Part shown: positions 13,201 to 24,014 of the stretch, in pieces
How positions within the stretch are numbered: the first letter of the stretch is position 1
How the letters are laid out: every line of letters starts with the position of its first letter
Assembly: GCA_028534125.1 (NCBI GenBank)
Contig: CM052817.1
Span: forward strand, 68,698,001-68,762,000
Reading direction: 5' to 3'
Origin: Lama glama
Taxonomy: Eukaryota
DNA: 64,000 nucleotides
The notes under the pieces: generated by a model
What the model was told of the DNA's origin: nothing
Databases searched by the model: none
What the model saw: only the letters and a program-made list of their open reading frames with translations
Made by a program: the position numbers and the translations under genes

Positions 13201-14581
13201 TCTCTTATCTCTGAAAAAAAGATAAACCTGGCACATGTTTTGTTTTTTTCTTGTTAACATTCATTTTGTACAGGACCAGGGCTCCTTCATAAGTACTTAT
13301 GAAGTTAGATTCATAAGGAGCCCTGGAGAAAAGAACCAACTGATCTTGAGCCAGCTCAAATTGGAAAAACTCTTCCTCAATGGGACTTCATCTTTGTTCT
13401 TATAAGTTGCAGACTATTTCTTCTCTTCCTAAAGCTGCCACTCGCAGCCACAAGCAAAGTTATTTATATACACATCTGTATCTAACCCATCAAGTCAGTA
13501 CTAGTAAGCATTCTATAAAGTAACAGCACTTAGCCCCAAAATTGCATGCCAGATTTTCTACATTTGTCTATTTTTCTGAGATAAATATCCCCAGCTATCA
13601 TCTAATTCTTAACAGAGTGTATGTAGCTAACCCTGTTGTTTTTCTTATACATATTTGCTATGGTTTTTTTTTAAAGTTCTCATTTATGTGACATTACAGT
13701 TATTTGTTTGAAGAAGAGTCTTATTCATGAAGACCTCCAAAAAGAGGGCTTTTTACATTCGATTCTTAGGCTTATATTTTTTAATCATAGAATTAGGAGG
13801 TAAATTTACACATAACATTTATTTGTAAAATTTTTTATCCAGAATTCTCACCCACTCTCCTGCCCCATAGTGATTGTGTTCTCATATGTTCTTTTATTTT
13901 AAACCTGTTGAAAGAATTTAAACAACTGTGTTTCTTATTTTTGTGTGTTGGGGAAAAAATTAAGAGACTTCAACTTTTGAAGTTTAAAGAAATTTGTTTA
14001 TTTCTATAATAAGTTGTAGAAATAGCCCTAAGTTTAATTGTAGTGTGCATACCGCTTGAATTGTTAAGTGAACAGTATTTTTTAAATTAGGAAACGAATC
14101 TTGCATAGTTTTGGAAATGACAAACATGTAGGAGAAAATGATTATGCATTTGTTTAGTGCTAATGCTAATCTAAGTGTTTACATACATGTTATGATTTAA
14201 TCCTTGTGACAAATCTTTGATATCATTTGCTTCATCGACTTTATACAGGGAGATCAACTTTATAGTCTCATTGCTAGTACGTGGTAGCTATTCAAAACCA
14301 AATCTGTTTTACTCAATCATTTATTTATTCATTCAATAAATACTTAAGTGAAAGGCCTTACCTTTGCTCTTTGATTTATAATGTATTGGCAGCTTGTAGA
14401 ATTTTTTTTCATGTTGATATAAAACTTAACAACATAAAAGATTTGGGACACAAATAAAAATAAAAACAGCCACAAAAATAGAACATTTGCTATTTAGCAT
14501 ATAGATGTACTTTAATGTATTCTAGCTATGATTATTCTAAAGCTGTATGCATCTTTAATCATCAGTTTGTATTTCACACAG

Positions 14582-14750
14582 ATGCAAAATCGGATGGTGA
14601 TTTTACTTTGTAACCTGAAACCTGCAAAGATGAGGGGAGTAGTATCCCAAGCAATGGTGATGTGTGCTAGCTCACCAGAGAAAGTTGAAATCTTGGCACC
14701 TCCCAATGGGTCTGTTCCTGGAGACAGAATTACTTTTGATGCTTTCCCTG
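14582..14750 (+). CDS. AIMP1: AIMP1 coding exon 5 ([19 protein letters not shown]...ITFDAFP)
   Basis: Acceptor cacacag at 14580-14581 and donor gtaagt at 14751. 169 nt; contains the [15 protein letters not shown] motif. Confidence 0.98.
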
Positions 14751-17711
14751 GTAAGTATTTATTAGTCCTTATTTAAAATAGTTTGGAAATTATTGTTCTC
14801 AAAGCTGTACTTGGAATGTTTAAATTTAAAATCAGTCCTGTGTATGACTTACAAGTCTTTAACTTTAAATGACTATTATTACTGATATTATTATCAAGTT
14901 TATTGAGATTGACTCAAGTTGGCACACTGAGTACAACCATCTAATCACCCTCTTCCCATGAACACTCAGTTTACAGAAAACACCAAAGAGATTTTACCCT
15001 AGGTGAAATACTAATTTTGATACCTACATAGCAGAAGAGGGTAATGTGGATAGAGAACAAATTAATGTGCTGCAAAATCATTTAAGCTGTGCATTGTCTC
15101 AGAATGCAATACAGAAAAATGAAGAGATAAAAAGTTCAGACAGGAAGGGAAAAATGTATAATTTTCTAAGTCTGTCTAATAATATACTTGCATATGCTTT
15201 TACCAGACTTGAGGGTATAGAGAAAAATCTCTTCAGTCAAAATTTATACTTATTTTTATAACCTAAAAGGAAGTTTCATTTCATATTGCTTATTCTCTCC
15301 AATAAAATGCTTCTGAGACAGATGAAGCTCCATAATGTGTGAGAAAGTTTCTTCAGATAAGTCTTTGAAGCAGAAGAGAAAGGATGCTTGGCAGATGTAG
15401 AAAAATATTTCTTTCTTAAAAGAGGGAAGATCTCGTAAGAGGAAAAAGAGTTAGAAATTAAAAGACTGCATTTACAGAAGCTGTTCATTTGACTTGAGTA
15501 AGGGAAAGCAGAAATAAATTAGGATAACAAGTAGAATTAGATTTAAAAGTCAGAATTGATTTGGAGACATACTTGTAGAAATAGCTGAGTTTTAATGGAA
15601 TAGCAAGGCTGATGTGATTGTATAGTCCTATTTTTTTTAATCCTGTGTTAACTGTGTTTGATGAAATACTAGGATATGAAGAATTTTAACATTGGAATAA
15701 TAAGATTAAAAAAATGGATAAAAGCATGAGTTAGCTTCCTTGAAAGTCAGCTCTCCACTCCTAATCCAAAGTAGACTAATCTAAAAACTACGGAAATTAT
15801 TTAACAAGTATCCGTGATTTTGATTGCATGTGTATGTTTTAAACTTTGTTAGATTGGAAATCATAATGGTCTGTGCTCTTAGAACTTTCTCTGGTAAATT
15901 AGGTTTGGGGAAAATCCCAGTCTGAATCATTTCTCGAAGCAGCATGATGACTTTAGGTTCTAGGAGCACATGATTGCCACTCTACTTACCAGGATATCAA
16001 AACACTTCCCCAGACTTCATGCTTCTGGATAAGCTGTCATGTGTATATGTGACAAACCTGAAATTGTTTAGAAGTCTCTCACTAAGTTGGAATGGAATAA
16101 CAATAATAACCAACTTTTTTCTTTTAGGATTCGTCATATATTGAGGGGAAAAAACCCCAAATCTTGGTTTACCTTTTCAGATTAACATTTGCCTTCCTTT
16201 TTACTTAAATACTTATGATTTAGTACATTTTAAGTTTTATTTTTGATATAAATTGTAGATGGTTAGAACTGGAAGAGATCATCTACTTTAACCCACTATT
16301 TTACAAATTTGGAAACTGAGACCCATCAAAACTTAGTTACTTGCTTAAGACTATTTAGAGTTTGTAGAAGGATCAGTAGATGTGCCTGAACCTCTAATAC
16401 TGTTAGCATTTTTGTTTGTTGATTGCTGCTTACTATGAATTCATATGGACTATTCCGTTAGAGAAGGCTTATAGTTCTTTTTTTTCTATGACAACATTCA
16501 TTCCCTTGTCTCATAGAATTAATGGGTTAATATTTCAACACTTGAATCAGTTGTTATTAATTTGAATGTTATTATTAAGTCTATTGACAGTTGTTGTTTT
16601 TAGTTACTCAGTGACTAAATTAGAGATGCTAATAACCCAGTATGGGTTTCTTGCCTTTGCTATATTTTTTAATCTTTCAATCTGTTTGGCTATTTGTGTG
16701 TTTATATTTACATTGTTCCAAAGTGTGATATTTCTTCCATATTTATAGTTTCTCCTTATGTCTTAGCATATGAATATATAGATCATGTACAAAAAATATT
16801 TGTAAATTGAAAGAAAGGAAAACCTAATGTTAAAGGGGCCCATAAGGTTGTTTGAATTATTTTCTTATAAATTATAATATGCTTACCCAAGCTGAACAGC
16901 ATCAAATAATTGATACATTTAGAGACATGAGGTCTGTTAATACTCATCTTGCTTATGCTTCCATATCAGTTACTGCTTCTGTAGCAGTAAATCTGAAAGG
17001 AAATAACAGTTAATACTATGTATGCAACAGACCATTAGTCTTAATTCTTTCTTCTTCCTTTTCCCAGAGAGAGCCATGATTTATCAGTGCTTTATTTTTC
17101 ACCATATGTTTTACATTTTAAAGCTTAAGGTGTCTGCTGGTACATTTTGATGTGAAGTTAGATGTACTCAGTGTCTAGAGATTTATATATCATGTTGTAT
17201 ATATTAAGTATGGTATAGAAACTGCAGTTGGGGCTCAAACCTTTGAATTGCTATTTGGCTTTGAATAAGCTTTTACACTTAACAGCTGTTTTCTCCAACT
17301 ACAAAACCAAAAATTTCCATTGGGTTTAGAAGATGCCAAGTAATATTTTTATAACACTGGCTAAAAACCTCTTCACTACTTTTTTTTTAATCTTAAATGT
17401 GTGAAGCCATAAATTTTAGTATTTAAATATGGTAACTGGTCCCTAAAGCATCAAGCAAAAATAACTTGAAAATAGTATTATAGCTAGGAGACAAAGGCTA
17501 TGACACCCCCCCTTTTTTTTTTGAGAATGCACTATTTTTGGTCTAATGATAAATGAGAATTTGCATTCAGATTTTAACTTCTAAGATCATGCTTATTTCT
17601 ATTGATATTGAGTCTTATTAATAAATATATGTTAATGTTGAATCACAAAGCATGTATCATATGCAAGAGTCTTTAACTTTTGGACCTATTTGTTCTTTAA
17701 AAATAATTTTT

Positions 17712-18572
17712 TTTATTGAGTGGTATGAGTTCTTTATATATGTTAGATATATATCCAAATATTATCTCTCATTCAGTTGATTGCCTTTTAGTTTTCTTGG
17801 TGGCTTTACTTCACTGTGCAAAAACTTTTTAGTCTGATGTAGTCCCATTTGTTTATTTTTTCTATTGTTGCATTTGCCTGAGGAGACATATTTAACAAAA
17901 TATTAAGACTGATATCAAAGAGGTTACTCCCTGTGTTTTCTTCCAGGAGTTTTATGGTTTCAGGACTTACATTTAAGTCTTTAATCCACTTTGAGTTTAT
18001 TTTTGTATATGGTGTAAGAAAGGAGTCCAGTTTGATTCTTTTGTATGTAGCTGTCTAGCTTTCCTAACACCATTTATGGAAGAGACCGTCTTTTCCCCAT
18101 TGTGTATTCTTGCCTCCTTCATCACAGATTAACTGTTGATTTGAGCATGGGCTCTCTTCTGTTCCATTTATCTTTGTGTCTGTTTTTGTGGCAGTATACT
18201 GTTAAGATTACTACAGCTTTGTAGTGTAATTTCAAGTTTGGTATAGTTTCAAATATGACACCTCCAGCCTTGTTTTTCTTTCTTAAGATTGCTTTGGCTA
18301 TTTAAGGTCTTTTGTGTTTCCATACACATTTTAGGATTATTTGTTCTAGTTCTAAGAAAAATGCCATGCAAATTTTGGTAGAGATTGCATTGAATCTGGA
18401 GTTTGCTTTGGATAGTATGGACACCTTAGCGATACTGATTCTTCCAGTCCATGAACACAATGTATCTTTCCATTTATTTGTGTCATCTTCCGTTTCTTTC
18501 CTCAGTGACTTACAGTTTTCAGAGTACAGGCCTTCCAACTCCTCAGTTAAATTTATTCCTAGGTATTTTTTG
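17712..18572 (-). mobile_element. L1 ORF2 segment, inverted 5' part of a composite insertion
   Basis: ORF 18302..18538 (-), DDTNKWKDTLCSWTGRISIAK..., is L1 ORF2-like. Confidence 0.9.
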
Positions 18573-18579
18573 AGTCAGT

Positions 18580-19356
18580 TGTAAATGTGGTGAGGATGTG
18601 GAGAAAAGGGAACCCTCGTGCACTGTTGGTGGGAATGTAAATTGGTGCAGCCTCTGTGGAAAACAGTATGGAGATTCCTCAAAAACCTAAAAGTAGAATT
18701 ACCATATGATCCAGAAATTTCACTTCTAGATATTTATCTGAAGGAAACAAAAACTAACTTGAAAAGATATATGCACTCCTATGTTCATTGCAGCATTATT
18801 TATGATAGCCAAGATATGGAAGCAACCTAAGTGTTCATCGATAGATGAATAGATAAAAAAGATGTGGGAAATATATATATATATATGTATACACACACAC
18901 AATGTAATATCACTGAACCATTAAAAGAATGAAATCTTACCATTTGTAGCAATACGGATGGACCTGGAGTGTATTATGCTTAGTGAAATAAGTCAGATAA
19001 AGACAAATCCCATATGATTTTACGTATATGTGGAATCTAAAAAGCAAAACAAACAAATAAAACAGAAAATTGTAGATACAGAGAACAAACTGATAGTTAC
19101 TAGAGGGGAAAGAGGCTGGAGGATGGACAAAATAGGTGAAGGCAATGAAGAGGTACAAACTTACAGCTATAAAATAAGTAAGTCACAGGGATATAATGTA
19201 TATGTAGGGAATATAATCAATATTGTAACAACTTTGTATGGTGACAGATAGTAATTGATCTTATTGCAGTTTTCATTTAATAATGTATAAAAATATCGAA
19301 TTACTATGTTGTATACCTGAAACTAATAAAATGTTTCTTAAAATTAAAAAAAAAAA
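18580..19356 (+). mobile_element. L1 3' part (ORF2 C-terminus, 3' UTR, A tail)
   Basis: [20 protein letters not shown] is the ORF2 Cys-rich motif; A tail at 19346-19356. Confidence 0.92.
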
Positions 19357-19389
19357 CCTGTCTGTATTTGATTCTTTTCTGTAAAACCC

Positions 19390-19930
19390 ATTTTGATGAG
19401 GTTTCTCTGTCCACTGTTCCACCAGAACTGCTCTTGTCAAGGTCACCAGTTACTCCCTTTAGCTAAATCCATGGCTAGTTCTCAGTCCTTAATTAATTTT
19501 AACTTGGCTTCTGACACCACACCTGCGTGGTGGTCCTCATGCTTCACTGGCTACTCTGCTCGTCTCCTTTGCTGATTCTTCTTACCTCCCTGACCTCTTA
19601 GAGTGCCTCCAACCTTGTCCCTTGACACTTGACCTTTTCTCTTTTTCCATGCTTGACCTCTTCTCTTTTTCTTTCCATGTTCATTCCCTTGGCTCTATTA
19701 TTCAGTCACTTATACCTACTAGTCTTCACTAACATTTCCCAAGGGAAAAAATGCATCTCCCAATCTTCTACCTAGATTTCCTTTTTCCCGTAGTATTTCC
19801 CATCTCATCCCTCAGGCACTACACTCTCCCAGTTGCTTAACTGCTTTTTTTCTGAACATGTCTGGAATTACATTCCAGAAAAATGTCAGACATAGAGTAG
19901 GAGGTCAATAAATTGGTTAATGAAGGAAAC
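19390..19930 (+). mobile_element. L2 fragments
   Basis: actgctcttgtcaaggtcacc...gctaaatcc...ttctcagtcct, ending in gagtaggaggtcaataaa. Confidence 0.65.
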
Positions 19931-22900
19931 ATGCTAGTAAAACATGTAAAAAACACACCAAAAAAACCCCACCAGTGTTTGGAGAATAGACCTGAGTATC
20001 TGCCTTCATGGCTGCCAAGATCATTCCTGTCAAAAACTACTTTTCTCTATTAATTAGTTTTGTAAAAGTGATTGACCCCCTATTTGCAATGTTATACTTT
20101 AGTGTTTGTACCACACAAGGTGGTAGTTAACAATTATTATAATTCAAAAGCTCAGTTAATGAAACATAAAGTAATTAAGTTAGTGCTAAGCTTTTTATGG
20201 CCTTGGCAGGTATCAGAGAAGCTGATGATCAGTGAGCATTTTGTACAATAGAATGGCCTAATTAAAATGAAATTTTTGGCTTCTGTTCCAGACTTGTGAA
20301 AGCCTGGATCTCTGGAATTCATATTTACTACTATTTGTAGATTTTAAATGCTGAGGTGGTAGTCACAGCTTTTTACATCTGTACAGACTTTTCTCTGAAT
20401 TAGTTCCTATTATCTATGTGTTTTATTTAGAATGAGTAGGCCTAAAATAATCTCTGAAAGATGAGTTCTCTTGCAATATGTGTATTTCCAAATGATGATT
20501 ATTGGTATGTGTTTAGCAATTACAGAGGCTCTACAGTTTTTAGCTTTAAGAACTTTTATTGATATCATCACTTACCTTCTTTGGATAGCCATAACAAAAA
20601 AAAAAAAGAAAGAAAGAGAAGAAAATTAGGAAAATAAGATTTATAAGAAGGATATAACACAGGCATGATCAAAGATTTCTCTGGAAAATAGAGTTTATTT
20701 TTTTTTAAATGTTTAAAATACTAGGTAAACTTTTCATGGGAGGTGATTTAAACTTTCGTTTCAGACTGACTTTATACCCTACCAGACAGTGTGTTACTGG
20801 GAAATGTTTTGAGTAAGCCAGAGGCTAGCACTGTATTCAAGACTTCGGCTCTGATTTATATTTGGTGATCATAATGTGATGGGTTTTAATGCAATCTCAA
20901 ATTTTTAGTTGTGTGAATCAGTTTCATTTACTGATTTGCTAAAGCCTTCCAGCCACATTCAGGGTGTTCAGGTATTGAGCCTTATGTGTTCAAAACAGAT
21001 TTGGAGGTTCCTCTCATTAACTTCTAGTTCATTTTTAGTTCAATTCTTTGTTTCTGGAAAATTATGACAGTCTTGTGTAAGAACTTTAAAACCTTCAGAT
21101 CTTAGCTCCACCAGCGTTGGGTGACCTAGGAACCTTTCTGAGCCTCAGCTTTTGCATCTATAAGAAGGGATTTTTCATGGTATTTGTTTCTTGTGAGTTT
21201 TGTGAGGTTTAATTTTTTAAACACTTAGCTACCCGCCTGGTATTTTAAATTCTTAGCTGCAGCTCTTGTGCCTCTATTTCCTCACTTGTAAAATGGGGGT
21301 AATTAATAGCATTTAATACACTGAGGGGATTAAATGAGTCAATACACATTAAGCACATAGTGCAGTGACTGGCACATAGTAAGCACCATGTAAGTGGAAG
21401 TGTTATGTATTGTTATGAATATTACTTTCTATACAATGTTAATATCTTCCTGGATCTGATAAGCTTAATTTTCTGCTGCACTGCTCAGAGCATATGTCTG
21501 CAGTCAGCAGAAATTTACCCACACAATGTATGGTCTTGATTAGAAGCTTTTACACAAACCTGGGGATGATCTACTTGAATTCATTATCTGTCTGTCAACA
21601 TCTTTTGGGGGATATAGGGAGTGTGGATTCAAAGTTAGTACTCAGGCCCTCTGAACAATGTGTCTGCCTTCAGCTTTTCAGAATTCTAGAATGTTTACTT
21701 CCCCACATGATCTGTGCACAAAGTGGGATTATGCTCTTAGAGTAAGCAACAGTTGAGAAACAAAAAATAAAAATTTTATACTTTATATACTGAAATTTTT
21801 TTCTATTCTTTTATTAATTAGTTTTTCTGTTGCCCAGTCAAATCATCAAATGATCTTAAAGGGGTAAGAAAAATCATCTTTTATACTAGTCAGTCTTAGT
21901 TTTGGTTTCATTGCCTGTTCTACTGTAGATACATTATTCAATCAACTGTTCCATCGTCTCTGAAAACCTATGTTTCAGAGGATAGTTTTGTATATTCTTG
22001 CAGTTTTGTGGCAGTTTCTGAGAGCTAATAAAATGATCTAGAAAGTTATATTTCTATTATTACTGAATAGATATTCAGTAATATTTATTAATATTTATTA
22101 CCTCCAGGAAAATCGTTTTCCATTTGAAGCTAACACTTAAGAGATTCATTGCTTTTCTTCATTGTTTTTGAAGCTGATTCTTCATTCCAAATATTACTGG
22201 ACTTTTCCAGCTACTTAAATGATGTTATATTAAACTTTACTCTCTACTTCCTCATCATTCATTAAGTAGAGAGATTGCTTGGTAAATTGGTAGTCTTTAA
22301 GTGTAGACCACATTTATTCTACAATGTATTTACTTTTATTGATTGTAAACTTAGTAGTGTGAGCTACCATAAAGAGAAGAGATAAGATAGTATCCACATG
22401 TAAGAGTGTTGTTTCTTTTCTAAAGCATAGTCTATTAGGGGGCAAGTTTTTGGTATCAAATCTGACTCTGCTTGTTGATTGTGTGGCTGAGCAGCTTATC
22501 TTCTCTAAGCCTCAGTTTCTTTATATTTAAAATTGCATGCAACAACATATATTCCTGGTGGCTAGATAATACTAGTCCTTGTCTCCTTACTCTTTACTCT
22601 CCCTTTCTCTGTCCGTCTCACCACATGGAATGGACTGCAGATGAAACCCAGAGTAGTTATTACATTTAGCTCGATGACTCCAATATTTAAGCCAGTATTG
22701 GTAAGAAATGTTTATATACTATAGCAGCAATCTAGTCATTGATTTTGTATGTTGAAACATACAGTAAGGCATAAGCTGTTTCTGCCATGTGTAAAAATAT
22801 AACACATCAAATTTATGGTCTCATCTTTGTACTATCTTTATGTATAGTGATAAAATGAGTATCTTATGTTTTCATTCTAATCATTTAGGGAATAAATTTA

Positions 22901-23089
22901 CTGAGCTATATAACTGGCAGAACTATTTACAATAAGAGTTAAAATAATATCTTTAATATTTGTAAGGAAATAACAAAATATTTTACCAAACAATAATATA
23001 AACTGCTGACATCATAAAAATAAAAAAGTGTTAAAGGTCTGAGGATCAGAAATTGCATCCAACCCAATTCACTGGAAATCTTTGTGGGC

Positions 23090-23238
23090 ATTTTTTTTAA
23101 AATTGAAGTGGAGTTAATTTACAATATTGTGTTAGTTTCAGATGTACAGCAAAGTGATTCAGTTATATATGTATATGTACATGTATATGTATTTTTTTCA
23201 TATAATTCCCTATGCTGTACAGTATTAACTTGTTTATC

Positions 23239-23269
<31 letters not shown>

Positions 23270-23748
23270 ATAGTGTGTATCTGTTAATCCCATACTCCTA
23301 ATTTATTCCTCTCCCCTTTGATAACCATAAGTTTATATTCTATGTTTGTGAATATGTTTCTGTGTTGTTAATAAATTAAATTGTATTTTTTTTAGATACC
23401 ACATATAAGTGATACCATAAATTTGTCTTTCTCTGTCTCAGTGACTTCACTTAGGATGATAATTTTGATAATTTCTAGGTCCATTGGCAATATTCCATTC
23501 TTTTTCATGGCTGAGTAATATTCCATTGTATATATACCGCACATCTTTATCCATTCATCTATTAATGGACACTTATGTTGCTTACATAGCTTGGCTATTG
23601 TAAATAGTGCTTATATGAACTTTAGGGTGCATGTATCTTTGATTTAGAGTTTTCGTCTTTTCTGGATATATGCCTGGGAGTGGGATTGCTGGATCATATG
23701 GTAGTTCTTTTTTTAGTTTGTAAGAAAACTCCATACTGTTTTTCTATG
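23090..23748 (-). mobile_element. 5'-truncated L1 3' region, antisense to AIMP1, with internal (TA)n
   Basis: ttttaaaattgaagt...tacaatattgtgttagtttcag...gggattgctggatcatatggtagttc. Confidence 0.9.
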
Positions 23749-23797
23749 GACAATTTATTTGATATGTTAGCTACGTAATTTTTTTTCTCCCGAACAG

Positions 23798-23964
23798 GAG
23801 AGCCTGACAAGGAGCTGAATCCTAAGAAGAAGATTTGGGAGCAGATCCAGCCTGATCTTTACACTAATGAGGAGTGTGTGGCTACATACAAAGGAGCTCC
23901 CTTTGAGGTGAAAGGGAAGGGAGTTTGTAGGGCTCAAACTATGGCCAACAGTGGAATAAAATAA
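23798..23964 (+). CDS. AIMP1: AIMP1 last coding exon (GEPDKELNPKKKIWEQIQPDLYTNEECVATYKGAPFEVKGKGVCRAQTMANSGIK*)
   Basis: Polypyrimidine tract with AG at 23796-23797 and TAA at 23962-23964. Exon sum 109+114+171+212+169+167 = 942 nt = 313 aa + stop. Not in the ORF track; translated by hand. Confidence 0.98.
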
Positions 23965-24008
23965 AATAAAATGTTTCAGTTACTGAAATACTTTGGGGAA
24001 AACTTAAC

Positions 24009-24014
24009 AATAAA
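24009..24014 (+). terminator. Probable proximal AIMP1 polyadenylation signal
   Basis: AATAAA 45 nt after the stop, followed by a T-rich tract at about 24055-24075. More distal AATAAA at 24645 and 24682. Confidence 0.55.
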
